A DNA stretch of 64,000 nt, from the IMG/VR virus record IMGVR_UViG_3300024346_000004. The stretch is one strand, 5' to 3'. Position numbers and translations under genes: made by a program. The notes beneath the pieces were generated by a model. The model was not told the origin of the DNA. It worked only from the letters and a program-made list of their open reading frames with translations, and made no database searches. Each line of letters begins with the position of its first letter. Positions within the stretch are counted from its first letter, which is position 1. The stretch is from a virus (Duplodnaviria > Caudoviricetes). Positions 9,150-19,738 of the stretch are shown piece after piece.

Positions 9150-10508
9150 TTAATAATTATTCGAATATTCCAAAATAGGCAATGTAGTAAAGTTTTCTGA
9201 TAACAATGAGAATTTTACAGTTTTAATAATTTGTCCAGTAGAATCCATACTAGACTCTCCCACTGACCAGGCTAATTCTCTCAACGTTAACTTAAAATCG
9301 CCACAATTTATTTCTATACCGCCATTATTTATACTACTACTACCAGACATAACTTCAGCAAATGTATGTGGAGCTAAAGGAGATATATATTTGATAGTTC
9401 CTGATAACTTTTGACCATTACAAGAAAAAGCAATAGGATGAGCATTATATCTCTGTCTGGATAATCTAGATGTATTTACAGATGGCTGACAATACAATTC
9501 TTCAAAATTATTTTCCAATGTTATATCAATTTCTTTCACTAAAAAAGAAGAAATACTCAATCCTTGAAAACCGTTAAAGAATTTATCATCCAAAGGTAAA
9601 GCTAAACCAAATGTACCAGGATTAGCTGAAATGTAATTCAACCTAGTATTACTTCCATGTATTACTCTTGTTCCTGGGATTTTTCTTATATTATTTTGTA
9701 ATGTCTCGAAATTGCTATATAAATAGGCTTGTGGGCTTCTATTTAAAAAAGATGATTCAATCTCTACATTTGCACTTAAATCATTGTCAGATGTAATATT
9801 TAAGCTTATTTTTGAGACAGCACAGTTAGATATTAATCCTTCTCTTAATGATAAAAGAGAAAATGTAGGATCTTTATCAACATATTGGTCTCTTCCTACT
9901 ATAAATGTCTTACTAGTAGTGCGTTGAATAGTAGTGGGAGATTGAAAAGTAACGGTTCTTGTATTTTTGTTAATATTAGTTATAGTGACGTTTTCATTAA
10001 CTTCTGAATTATCAAAAGAAGCTAGAGTAACTTGTTTAGGTAGAGTAAAAGGTAAAAACTCCACCATATTTTTAATTATAAGTTGTGTAGTTCCGATTGC
10101 GATTATAGAAGACGATACTACTGGCTCTACAGAAGATATGGCTCCTGTTTTAGTACCCATATATCCATGAACTGCAAAATCCCATAAGGAAGCAAATCCA
10201 TTTTCTACACACCCAGATATATTAGCTCTAACAGGCATATCCATAGATAACTTCAATGTTTGTTTAGCTATTGAAAAAGTATTAGGTAATGGACCTTCAC
10301 CAGCTAATCTTTTGTCAAATTCAGAAGATTGTTCAGTATTTAAAGTTAATGATGCTGGTTGAACAACATATTTATAATCTAGAGCAATTGGATTAAATGC
10401 AAAATCAGGTTCATAAAATTCATCTCTAACAATAAATAATAGATCAGAGAAACCATTATTTAAAGAAAGATTAGAATAAAAATTCCTAAATTCATTTGTG
10501 TAAGGCAT
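9150..10508 (-). CDS. Putative tail tube protein (paralogue 1) with inserted beta domain
   Basis: NCAVSKISLNI...KEIDITLENNFE...QKLSGTIKY pattern of tail tube folds; insertion around IGTTQLII...TVTFQSPT. Confidence 0.6.
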   Translation of the reverse strand: MPYTNEFRNFYSNLSLNNGFSDLLFIVRDEFYEPDFAFNPIALDYKYVVQPASLTLNTEQSSEFDKRLAGEGPLPNTFSIAKQTLKLSMDMPVRANISGCVENGFASLWDFAVHGYMGTKTGAISSVEPVVSSSIIAIGTTQLIIKNMVEFLPFTLPKQVTLASFDNSEVNENVTITNINKNTRTVTFQSPTTIQRTTSKTFIVGRDQYVDKDPTFSLLSLREGLISNCAVSKISLNITSDNDLSANVEIESSFLNRSPQAYLYSNFETLQNNIRKIPGTRVIHGSNTRLNYISANPGTFGLALPLDDKFFNGFQGLSISSFLVKEIDITLENNFEELYCQPSVNTSRLSRQRYNAHPIAFSCNGQKLSGTIKYISPLAPHTFAEVMSGSSSINNGGIEINCGDFKLTLRELAWSVGESSMDSTGQIIKTVKFSLLSENFTTLPILEYSNNY

Positions 10509-12898
10509 TATGGGACCGTTTCAACCGTAATTAAATCATATATTGACCAGTTGACTAAACCACTTGTAAACAATGTCAAATTTGTACCTGGATTTACATA
10601 TACTTCATCAACTCTATCAAATAAATCTGTAGCAGTACCCAAAAGAAATCTAGTATTTCTTGCTGTGTTTTTAGGAACTGTGATAGATAAAGATTTAGGA
10701 GTGCCATTTTCACCGTTTCTGGCTATTACAGTTACTACTAAATCATTTTTTGTAAATGTTTCTAAAATAGTAGAAGTAACTAGTTCTCCTTGCAAATTAT
10801 ATGATGGCAAGCCTGTATTAGTTAATGTTTCTACAGGAGGCACATATACTGATAATCTAGAGGGAATGTGAGCTATATCTTCAGTTAACTTTACGCCTCT
10901 GGTAATAGTCTTAGATGGAGCAATACCATTATCAATAAAACCTAATGGCTTGTAATAAATTGTTCTATTAGAAGCAGCTGTCCAGAATGAGTTAAAAGGA
11001 TCATTTGTTGTATAGACTAAATTCGTTCCTGAAGTTATGGAACCAAAGTAGAATGTTGTAGCCGGAATAGCTGCTACTGGAACCTTAATAACAATCCAAT
11101 ATGTTGTTCCCACTAATAGATTCGCACCATTAGTAAAAGCTACAGAATAGTAATCAGATGTAGTAGAGATAGAACCGAATTTAAGATTACCTGTTTGTGT
11201 TATTGGAAAGTCAGTATTAGGCTCCCCACCAGCATCAGGACATATGTTAATTTCAAAACCAGCATTAGGATTAGTAAGTGTTGTAGCAGATCTATGAATC
11301 TGTAATCTTACTCCGCCACAATAAACTTTATCTCCATTTGACAAACTTGAATTTGTAGGAATAAACTTAAGTGCTACGAATGTATTTGCTAATGTGTATG
11401 GAGCAGTAGGAGTAATCGGAACATTACTAAACTTAGGCGGGCCTTGTATTCTATTTACAGGAGTTATTCTATAATCAATAGACTCTGAAGAATTAGTAGA
11501 TCTTCTATACACATGATAAAAGCGAGCATTAGATGACCCTGACCAAGATAATTCGTTCATAAAATAATCAGTAGATGTTGATTTTGATATGAGAGAATTC
11601 TTTACTATTGCTGTTTCACCCGTATTTGTTATTGTAGAAACACCATAAATATATGTTCCAGTAGTAATAGTAGAATAATCAGAAGTTGTGTTATAAGATG
11701 ACAAAGTAAGATTCGAAACTGTAGAGCCAGTCATTACAGGACTAGTTGAATCATACAGATCTCCTCTAAAAATAGCAAATGTATGTACTAGATCAGATTC
11801 TGTTTCATCATAATATGCTTTTGTAAATTTTTGATCAAAATCGAATCTTTCTAAACCGTTAAAACTTCTACCAATATTATATAAAGAGGTAGGTCTAAAA
11901 GGTTGTAAATTCCAGAATCTTTTAAAACTAACTTGTGATCCTGATTTAGCTCTAGTGAAATTTATCAAAGATTGTATTAGAGTATTAATTCCAGCGATAT
12001 TCTTCAATGAATTTAAGTCTTGTAATGCATTTGAACAGGCAGACAAAACATTGCTTCTATCTTCAGAGTCTCCCAATATAGAAGTACTAGAATCTGCATT
12101 TGGCATATCTAAAGCTGTTCTAAGTATTTGATAAGCATTTGTGATAGTTGGGTCATTAGGATTTTCAACAACTATTTTGCATAATTCTACATGATTGTCT
12201 GGAACTAATGGAAAATATTTAAAGTCTGCTGGATATAAGGATGCTGTACTAACCGCTGGACCAGAAATAGATTTTATTCTAGGCTCTATTACAAAACTGA
12301 TAGGTGTATTTTTATAAATGATAGATGTTACTGATGAAAATGTTGTGTCAATATTTAGATATGTAGATGATTCAACACCAGTAAATAAATATAGTTTAGT
12401 ACCAATGTAAGCTTTGACTGGATATGTTAGATTATCTGGAATGACATCTAGCTTTATTTTGGTAGCGGAAATACTAGCTTGTTCAGATACTGTAGCGTTT
12501 AGATTAGTAGAAGCGCTTTCCAATTCAGTATGAGAAACTGCTAACACAATACCGTAAACATGAGTAGAAGGATATGTGGCTGAAAAATATTTTTTTATGC
12601 CTATTCGTTGAGAAGGGACAATAACGACATTACCAAGATATCCTATTTGACCACCTGAGTTTACAATATAATCTCCATCAGAAGGATTGTAAGAAGTCTC
12701 AAAAGATAGTGGAGATGTTTCAATTACACCCAAATAAGGTATGCCATTTTCAGCAATTGACAACAGATTATTAATTTCAAAAACAGATGTACCGGGAGTT
12801 TTTTCATCACCAATTGCACCACTAATAGATTCGTGCAATTCACCTATTGTATTAGATACTGTTTTTACTACTTCTTCTATTTTTGAATTTACAGCCAT
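10508..12898 (-). CDS. Virion structural protein with beta-sandwich (choice-of-anchor-R-like) module
   Basis: 796 aa, S/T-rich; module VALKF...INICPDAGGEP...GTTYWIVI at about 10950-11390. Confidence 0.6.
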   Translation of the reverse strand: MAVNSKIEEVVKTVSNTIGELHESISGAIGDEKTPGTSVFEINNLLSIAENGIPYLGVIETSPLSFETSYNPSDGDYIVNSGGQIGYLGNVVIVPSQRIGIKKYFSATYPSTHVYGIVLAVSHTELESASTNLNATVSEQASISATKIKLDVIPDNLTYPVKAYIGTKLYLFTGVESSTYLNIDTTFSSVTSIIYKNTPISFVIEPRIKSISGPAVSTASLYPADFKYFPLVPDNHVELCKIVVENPNDPTITNAYQILRTALDMPNADSSTSILGDSEDRSNVLSACSNALQDLNSLKNIAGINTLIQSLINFTRAKSGSQVSFKRFWNLQPFRPTSLYNIGRSFNGLERFDFDQKFTKAYYDETESDLVHTFAIFRGDLYDSTSPVMTGSTVSNLTLSSYNTTSDYSTITTGTYIYGVSTITNTGETAIVKNSLISKSTSTDYFMNELSWSGSSNARFYHVYRRSTNSSESIDYRITPVNRIQGPPKFSNVPITPTAPYTLANTFVALKFIPTNSSLSNGDKVYCGGVRLQIHRSATTLTNPNAGFEINICPDAGGEPNTDFPITQTGNLKFGSISTTSDYYSVAFTNGANLLVGTTYWIVIKVPVAAIPATTFYFGSITSGTNLVYTTNDPFNSFWTAASNRTIYYKPLGFIDNGIAPSKTITRGVKLTEDIAHIPSRLSVYVPPVETLTNTGLPSYNLQGELVTSTILETFTKNDLVVTVIARNGENGTPKSLSITVPKNTARNTRFLLGTATDLFDRVDEVYVNPGTNLTLFTSGLVNWSIYDLITVETVP

Positions 12899-13764
12899 TA
12901 TATTACCATGTTCAAGTCGTTAATAATAAAATTTCTTAGATCTGTTGGCAGTTCATATGGAGATGTCTGCCAATATTGTGAGAATGAAGGGTTCCAATCG
13001 GGTAATAAAACCCATTCTCTAACTATAGTTTTGATATTATTGTATAGTGTATTATACTGTTCTAAAGTAAGTGATTCCGCTCTTATGATAGAAGGTGTCA
13101 TTTTAAATGCTAAATCTTCTTCACTGAATCCAAATACTCCCCTTTGTTTTCTTATATCTTTAATGTAAACATTATAGGATGAAGTAAGAATATCTCCATT
13201 GTATTCATTTATATCAATAACAAATCTAAATATTGGTATGCTATAAAATTCAGAATATGGGCCTGTATTAGCAGGAGTAGGAGCATCAGGTATATTCAAA
13301 CTCATAGCATCCTCTAATGAAATATCCTTAGATATCAATAATGGATCGCCTGAATTAGTGGTTCCGCCTCTTGAAAGATTACTAGTTATATTAAATACTC
13401 TTACAGTGCTAAAATAAGATGTCAAATATACTGTGCCAAAAGCATAACAGTTATAGTAAATAGCCCCAGTATTTAATTGTGTAAATAAATCTAGGCCTAA
13501 TTCTGTGGAATTTATAATGGAATAATTTAGTCCATTATCACCAGAAGCATATCCTTTACCTAAAATCATAGTTTGATTGATGTTAGCGGATAAAGATTGC
13601 TCTATATTAGCACATCCATATCCTAAAGATAAATTTCTAGTTTCTGTTAATGTTGATAGAGCATATTCTTTTAGAGCAACATTATAATCAAGAGTTGACT
13701 TATATTCATTGATTCTTTTAACCAATAAATCCATAATATATGCGGAGTAGCCATTAACATCCAT
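12898..13764 (-). CDS. Hypothetical virion protein
   Basis: 288 aa, TAATG-coupled within the tail operon. Confidence 0.7.
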   Translation of the reverse strand: MDVNGYSAYIMDLLVKRINEYKSTLDYNVALKEYALSTLTETRNLSLGYGCANIEQSLSANINQTMILGKGYASGDNGLNYSIINSTELGLDLFTQLNTGAIYYNCYAFGTVYLTSYFSTVRVFNITSNLSRGGTTNSGDPLLISKDISLEDAMSLNIPDAPTPANTGPYSEFYSIPIFRFVIDINEYNGDILTSSYNVYIKDIRKQRGVFGFSEEDLAFKMTPSIIRAESLTLEQYNTLYNNIKTIVREWVLLPDWNPSFSQYWQTSPYELPTDLRNFIINDLNMVI

Positions 13765-13766
13765 AT

Positions 13767-16700
13767 TTATATACTCCTAAATATTAATCTATCACCAGGA
13801 GGAGCACCATTTGTAGGAGTGTCTAACTCTTCCATAGTTTTGCCAACCCTAAGATATAAAATTTTGTCAATCTTGTGTGATCCAATTTGTACTGGATTAG
13901 GTGTTTGACTATTTGATGAATTCGAATTAATCAATGTTAAAGTTTGTGTAGGGCTGCTCCATTGCGCTTTCAAAATAAAAGCAGCACCAGAGATAGTAGT
14001 ATTAGTATAATAATATTCTATTTTAACATTATAAGTATTGCTATTCAAACAATTTAATGCATAAGTAAATATATTTTGTCCAACATTATTCCATTGATCA
14101 ATTACTAAATCATTATCGATATATACTCTAATACCTGAGTTTGCTGTAAATCTGAAAGTATATGTTTCTGAATATAATGGAGTAAAATTACCAATAGCTA
14201 CTGCATTAACATATGTAGGATTATCTAAATTATCATCAGCATTAGGATAATCAATACTTGTTTCTGTAATATCTAAGAATGGAGTAAAAGATGTAGTATC
14301 AACAATATGATAATTGCTTGCATCTTTTTGATACCACTTAATACGCCATTTAGGAGATGCTGAGAAGATTTTATTTGTAATGGTGTATATTTGTCCATTA
14401 GATAAATATTTGATACAAGCATATATATCATTACTTACTGGAGCATATTGCCAAACATTTGAATCATTCCTAAAAGCTCTTGGATATATGTAAAGATTTT
14501 GTGGAGAATCTAACTTGTTACATATATAGTTCCAATAACCATCTACATAATATATATCTGAGAATTCTCTATCTTTATTTGGTCCAGGCAAATATTTTGT
14601 AATGTTTAATGAGCTTCTGTTAAAGCTACCTAATATTTCTGTATCTATTTGATAGAACTTTATATATGCAGTTCCTGAAGAAATTGCCCAGACTGAATTT
14701 GAAATAGTAGCAATATTATTAGATGTTGTATTGCATTCTAAATAAAATGTTCCATCAATCGCAGGACTTGATAATTCTAATACTATCCAATAATCTTTGT
14801 TGAATGACAAGCTATAAGGAAGTATAAATGTTTCAGAATTATATGTATTGATATTTACATCTGAAAATTTAATTTCACTTCCGGATGATAACTTATTTCC
14901 AGGCAATCCATTATTATCTAAATAAATATGAGATTTTATAGTTGATTCAGAATTTAGTATTTTTGTTTTACCAGAATCTAATATTGCTTTTAAGTTTACA
15001 TCGAATCTTTCAATATTAGAGTTAACTGTAGGTGATATCTTAATTGCAATATAATCAGATATAAGTTTATTACTACCGCCTACTGTATTATTGATAGCAG
15101 AATCTATAGATACTTTAGCTTCTGTACCATATGTTTCAAGATCTCCGATAGTAATACCACTTGTAGCAATGGTGAAAGAATCAGCAACTATTTTCTGTGG
15201 TTCTGGATCTGGGTCTTGTACAGGTGCAATATTCTCACCAAAATAAGAGTTAAGATTAATATTCCAATACGGTGTTGAATCAAAAGTATATTGAGCTACA
15301 CAAACTCCTAAATTCTTTAATGCGACCCAGGATTCAGGATATTGACTATTATTAACATCATAAAATTCCCCACCCGCTTCTAGGAACTTCAATACTTCTT
15401 CATCTATTTGTGCTGATGTATAACCTAAATTTTCATATTTTTTTCTAAAATCAGCTTCAGATATTTTTGTTGAATCTGGAGGAGCTACAACTTTAGTTTT
15501 AATTTGCCTAGCTTTACCCATTTCTAAATCAGGGATAATTCCAGCATATCCTTGTAGTCTCCAGCTATCAATATTTTCAAGAACGCCATCACTAATAGAT
15601 GTTCTTTCTGCTTCTGTGCCTTTTTTGAAATATCCGATAGTATTAAGTTGCTGATTAACTCTATTATTATATTCATGATCAGAAAGAAAATACTTAGAAG
15701 CCATAATCTTGAGATCTTTTTGTAATACATTCTGATTACTATCTTCTAGTAATAATCTAAAAGTATAATCTTCACCAACTTTATTTCCAGAAGTATTATC
15801 TCCCACTACCTCACATAGATATGATGGTTCTAAATATACTTCGAAATTTTCTGATGAACTAAGAGTCTCATTAGTTATATCTAATTCATCAGATTTTAAG
15901 TAACCTAAAATAGTCGATGGCTGTTTTACCGCTAAAGACTTAATTGATTCTCTTCCATAAATATCAAATTGAATTGCTTTTGGTTCTTCATTATTTGCAT
16001 TTTGTAATAATTCTGTAGATGGTTTTTTGATGTTGTAATGTAATAGATTCTGCTTATTAATATCAAAAGAAAAATCGCTAGGTAATGAATCTGTTAATGA
16101 TGCTTGGTTAAAAGAATCAATAATAGCTTGAAAAGTAGATGTTCTAAATGTATCTGTTAAATCTAAACTTCTAAAAAAGTCTACGGCATTAGCAAATCCA
16201 GGAACTAATATTTTAGCAACATCTTCATCGCCAATATTTTTCTGGGCATAATTAGGTAATGGTTGATCAAATTCAATTATTTCATTGATATAAATAATAT
16301 TATTTTCAATTGGATTTTCAGGGTCAGGTGAAAGAATAAATGTCTGATTACTGCCTTCTACTACACCATACAAATATCCCGGAGCTTTAATCAAATATAA
16401 GGTTACTAGAATATCATATTCTTTAGGAACTACTGGTAAGTATTTATATTTGTTAGAAATAAAATCTTTATGAATAGGATTACCAATAAAAGATTTATAT
16501 TCTACATAAGGATCTTGCCCATCTAATCCTTTATTGTATCCAGCCAGCACAACAGGCAAAATTTCATCTATAGATAATTGAGCTATATTGTTATAACTTT
16601 TTACAATACCTTGATCATACGAAGGAAAATTATTTGTTATTCTATATTTGTCTGGTGCGGTCAAATCAGAATATTCACCATCATAAAGATAGTTATGTGT

Positions 16701-17753
16701 CTTATTATTAGATACTAGATAAGGATCAGATAAATTTTCATAAGTAGGATCTAAATCAAATCCACATCTTAATGATTTTATGAAAAAATTCTTTCTATTC
16801 CATACAAGAATATTTGGACTAGTAGGTGCAAAGGTATTTGTTTTATTAACAAAATTGATAACTGACATATCATCTCTACTACACCAATATGCAGCAATAT
16901 GCCAATATTTATCTGGACCCCAAGAAAATCCAGGACCTAAGTTAAAGTTAAACTTAAGTAACCATGTATTACCATTATCAGTAATACTATAGTCTAAAGG
17001 TAACAACATATCACCTATTGGAATGACACCTGTTGCTGGTTGCCATGTATCAGTAGTTGTGTTATAACCTTGTATTAGATATGCATGTGAATAGAACTTT
17101 AAGTCCATAGCCACATCTGTTATATGATCATATCTTTGTATACCTAAGAAAAGATTTTTATCCAAGGTTAATGTCAAACTATAATCTGATGTATTTGTGA
17201 ATGTCAATCCAGTGGTATTTTTTATAGAAAGCCATCTAGCAGAAGAAAAGAATGGAACTCTTAAATAAGATGGAGCTGAATATCTAACGGGTGATTGCTG
17301 AGTTAATCTTCCACTACCAGAAGATGGCTCTGATAAATTAGTGGTGTAAAATTGAACACCACTGTTATTTACTGGAATATAACCAGCCCAAGCATTATAT
17401 TCCCAATATCCCCAACCTTCAGTACTAGGTGGTCCATAATAACCAGGGAACCAGTTATAAGAACCAGATTGAGGAAATTCTAAAAATGGATGAACATTCT
17501 TTTGATCAATTTTATAATCAGTACCAAAAAGACCTAATCCAACATTTTCTGGAGTTTCATATTGTAAGAAGTTTTTTGCATAATCATCATCATGAAATTT
17601 TGTTGACCCTCTTAAATAAGACAAAGTTGTTTCTAAATGTAGTCTAGACTTAAAATTTACTGAAGTCGTTCCTACACTATCGGAAACATATTTTTGTGCT
17701 TTGCCTAGAATAGAAGTAATGTATTCTAAGCCTGTTCGGGTCATATTACTCAT
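13767..17753 (-). CDS. Large virion protein with PA14 domain and beta-sandwich module
   Basis: C-terminal GNFTPLYSETYTFRFTANSGIRVYIDNDLVIDQW (PA14); IYLDNNGLPG...KDYWIVL module. Confidence 0.7.
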   Translation of the reverse strand: MSNMTRTGLEYITSILGKAQKYVSDSVGTTSVNFKSRLHLETTLSYLRGSTKFHDDDYAKNFLQYETPENVGLGLFGTDYKIDQKNVHPFLEFPQSGSYNWFPGYYGPPSTEGWGYWEYNAWAGYIPVNNSGVQFYTTNLSEPSSGSGRLTQQSPVRYSAPSYLRVPFFSSARWLSIKNTTGLTFTNTSDYSLTLTLDKNLFLGIQRYDHITDVAMDLKFYSHAYLIQGYNTTTDTWQPATGVIPIGDMLLPLDYSITDNGNTWLLKFNFNLGPGFSWGPDKYWHIAAYWCSRDDMSVINFVNKTNTFAPTSPNILVWNRKNFFIKSLRCGFDLDPTYENLSDPYLVSNNKTHNYLYDGEYSDLTAPDKYRITNNFPSYDQGIVKSYNNIAQLSIDEILPVVLAGYNKGLDGQDPYVEYKSFIGNPIHKDFISNKYKYLPVVPKEYDILVTLYLIKAPGYLYGVVEGSNQTFILSPDPENPIENNIIYINEIIEFDQPLPNYAQKNIGDEDVAKILVPGFANAVDFFRSLDLTDTFRTSTFQAIIDSFNQASLTDSLPSDFSFDINKQNLLHYNIKKPSTELLQNANNEEPKAIQFDIYGRESIKSLAVKQPSTILGYLKSDELDITNETLSSSENFEVYLEPSYLCEVVGDNTSGNKVGEDYTFRLLLEDSNQNVLQKDLKIMASKYFLSDHEYNNRVNQQLNTIGYFKKGTEAERTSISDGVLENIDSWRLQGYAGIIPDLEMGKARQIKTKVVAPPDSTKISEADFRKKYENLGYTSAQIDEEVLKFLEAGGEFYDVNNSQYPESWVALKNLGVCVAQYTFDSTPYWNINLNSYFGENIAPVQDPDPEPQKIVADSFTIATSGITIGDLETYGTEAKVSIDSAINNTVGGSNKLISDYIAIKISPTVNSNIERFDVNLKAILDSGKTKILNSESTIKSHIYLDNNGLPGNKLSSGSEIKFSDVNINTYNSETFILPYSLSFNKDYWIVLELSSPAIDGTFYLECNTTSNNIATISNSVWAISSGTAYIKFYQIDTEILGSFNRSSLNITKYLPGPNKDREFSDIYYVDGYWNYICNKLDSPQNLYIYPRAFRNDSNVWQYAPVSNDIYACIKYLSNGQIYTITNKIFSASPKWRIKWYQKDASNYHIVDTTSFTPFLDITETSIDYPNADDNLDNPTYVNAVAIGNFTPLYSETYTFRFTANSGIRVYIDNDLVIDQWNNVGQNIFTYALNCLNSNTYNVKIEYYYTNTTISGAAFILKAQWSSPTQTLTLINSNSSNSQTPNPVQIGSHKIDKILYLRVGKTMEELDTPTNGAPPGDRLIFRSI

Positions 17754-17755
17754 TT

Positions 17756-18532
17756 TTAATATGCAGTACTTGGTACGTTATCAGGACCATAAATAGTTTG
17801 TTTTACAACCTCTTTAGCTGTAAATGTAATTTGTCCAGTTTTTAATAAAGCTTGTCCTCTTCCATCATCAGAGGGCTTATTATCACTAACTACACAATCA
17901 TAAAGCATCCTAATAGGTTCTACGTTGTCTTTTTGCATAGATAATATATTATTTTTAGCATCTGTAGGTAAATTATTTACTACTACGTTATTTCTTACAT
18001 CTTCATACAATAAGTAAAAGGCTTCTGTAGCTAAACCTGAAGCTGGAAGTGCCGGAGCTGGATAAGCATTAGTATGTGTTATATTCCAAGAATTTTGAAA
18101 ATTAGTAGTAGCTGTAGATACATAACTATTTAAAATAGTTGGATGTGTGGATGTAAAGTGAACAGGAGATAATGATTGCTTGCTACATATCGGGCATAAG
18201 TCTACTACCCAAATTCTTCTATGTTTACGAAGTGCGGTAATAATCAATCTACTGCCTTCAAGAGCAATTCTTTCAGACAATTCAGTTTCATCTGCCCCAG
18301 CATCTACGCCTATAATTATTTTATATTCGTATTCCTGTAATCCAAATGCAATATCTTTAATATTTAAATTGGCGGAATAAATCATGATAGATAGATTTGC
18401 AGGTTTTACATCTCTATCACCAATGAACCAATTTCTTACTGGTCTGTCATAAATTACAACATTGCCAATTGCATCTTTGGGCAAATCGTTATATAAGATA
18501 CCTTTTAAAGTATCATAGATTTTTTCTACCAT
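17756..18532 (-). CDS. Putative tail completion/terminator protein with inserted CxxC...H...H motif
   Basis: Directly downstream of the gp36-like adaptor; alpha/beta pattern ending KTGQITFTAKE; CPICSKQSLSPVHFTSTH insertion. Confidence 0.45.
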   Translation of the reverse strand: MVEKIYDTLKGILYNDLPKDAIGNVVIYDRPVRNWFIGDRDVKPANLSIMIYSANLNIKDIAFGLQEYEYKIIIGVDAGADETELSERIALEGSRLIITALRKHRRIWVVDLCPICSKQSLSPVHFTSTHPTILNSYVSTATTNFQNSWNITHTNAYPAPALPASGLATEAFYLLYEDVRNNVVVNNLPTDAKNNILSMQKDNVEPIRMLYDCVVSDNKPSDDGRGQALLKTGQITFTAKEVVKQTIYGPDNVPSTAY

Positions 18533-18535
18533 TTA

Positions 18536-19030
18536 TTACTGTGATTTTCCCTTAGATCTCTTGCCTTCGGCTGGATTTACAGGAACCCCTCTCAATGTAG
18601 ATCGAACGAATCTATCTCCACGAGTATTTCTTTGTCCAAACAATCTCAATTCGCCATTTTGAATTCTGATTAGCTCATTCATAGCCCAATCAAATCTTTC
18701 TTTTTGTATCTCTGAAGATTGTCTATCAGCTCCCTGTAAACCTTGAGCATAAAATAAATTAGCAGCCATAATTGCGCATATGACAGGGAGAGGATGAGGA
18801 TAGCTTATTTCTCCACCAAGATTTACCTGTTTCAATGGTACATCATATTGTGTAGCTAAATTACCATCTATTTCTGCTGATGCTTGTTGAATAAAAAAAT
18901 CTACATCAATATTAGATGCTGTTTCTGGAGATGGATTACGGAAATTTGGGACAGGATTTTCACCTTCTAGAACAACATTTGGTGGTAAATATTTCTTTAC
19001 ATCATTAACGGTACAGTATGCTCTAGCCAT
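18536..19030 (-). CDS. Mu gp36-like (DUF1320-type) head-tail adaptor
   Basis: YCTVNDV...IQQASAEIDGNLATQYDVPL...ICAIMAA...FDWAMNELIRIQNGELRL signature. Confidence 0.75.
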   Translation of the reverse strand: MARAYCTVNDVKKYLPPNVVLEGENPVPNFRNPSPETASNIDVDFFIQQASAEIDGNLATQYDVPLKQVNLGGEISYPHPLPVICAIMAANLFYAQGLQGADRQSSEIQKERFDWAMNELIRIQNGELRLFGQRNTRGDRFVRSTLRGVPVNPAEGKRSKGKSQ

Positions 19031-19032
19031 TA

Positions 19033-19701
19033 TTAAACCCCTTTAAGGTATTTTGGTGTGTAATCTACGCCTTCTTCTTCAGCTAAAAATCCCATTTCTA
19101 CCGCATCTTTTCTATCTAATAAAGTAAAAATATTCATCTGTTCTAGATCATTAGCAGATAAAGCTCCTGATGAAACAAATCTTGGGAAATCTATATCAAC
19201 ATCCTGATAAGATCCAGCCTTAGCGTTGAAAATTTCGATAGCGTCTGGGGCTGAAGGAGAGCCTACAAGTTTATTAAGAACTTGTGCTTTTCTTTTACCA
19301 ACATTTCTAGCCATTACAAAGCCTCTAGACTTATGAACTAGATTACAAGCATCAGCGGTAGTCAACCCTTGTTGAATTGGTTTATTTAAATTATAAATAA
19401 ATAATTCTTGTTTGTCGGATGTAGTATAACTTTGACCAGCAACAACAGTAATATCCATCTGCTGTACTCTAGCCATTTCTTTAGCAACTAACCCAATGTG
19501 AGGTCCTGCAGTATTTACTATACCTATAATGTCTAAACCTTTAATCACAGCAGATGTAAGAATAGACTTAACTGTAGATTCCATTGTGTTTTTGTTTGTG
19601 AAATTTTCAATATCATCTATCCACAAACATAGGTCTGCTCTTAGAGTGTTTTTTCTAAGAGAAGTGCATTCTTTAGCAGTGGCGTACCATTTCTTGATCA
19701 T
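19033..19701 (-). CDS. PHP-fold protein lacking canonical metal ligands
   Basis: LRADLCLW...AVIKGLDIIGIVN...VVAGQ...VHKSRGFVMARN...PDAIEIFNA...VSSGA follows PHP strand order but lacks HxH, TDH, HP and SDAH. Confidence 0.7.
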   Translation of the reverse strand: MIKKWYATAKECTSLRKNTLRADLCLWIDDIENFTNKNTMESTVKSILTSAVIKGLDIIGIVNTAGPHIGLVAKEMARVQQMDITVVAGQSYTTSDKQELFIYNLNKPIQQGLTTADACNLVHKSRGFVMARNVGKRKAQVLNKLVGSPSAPDAIEIFNAKAGSYQDVDIDFPRFVSSGALSANDLEQMNIFTLLDRKDAVEMGFLAEEEGVDYTPKYLKGV

Positions 19702-19710
19702 AATTACTTA

Positions 19711-19738
19711 ATTCAAGAATAAAGGTATTTTATTCCTG
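19711..19738 (-). promoter_or_regulatory. Putative phage late promoter
   Basis: Minus strand AGGA(19737-34)-N19-GAAT(19714-11), 9 nt before ATG 19701. Confidence 0.55.

Noticed and set aside
6783-19030. Bacterial contractile injection system or tailocin locus
   Set aside because: No recognisable sheath, gp25 or baseplate J-like gene; head-tail adaptors, intron and absence of host genes fit a phage better.
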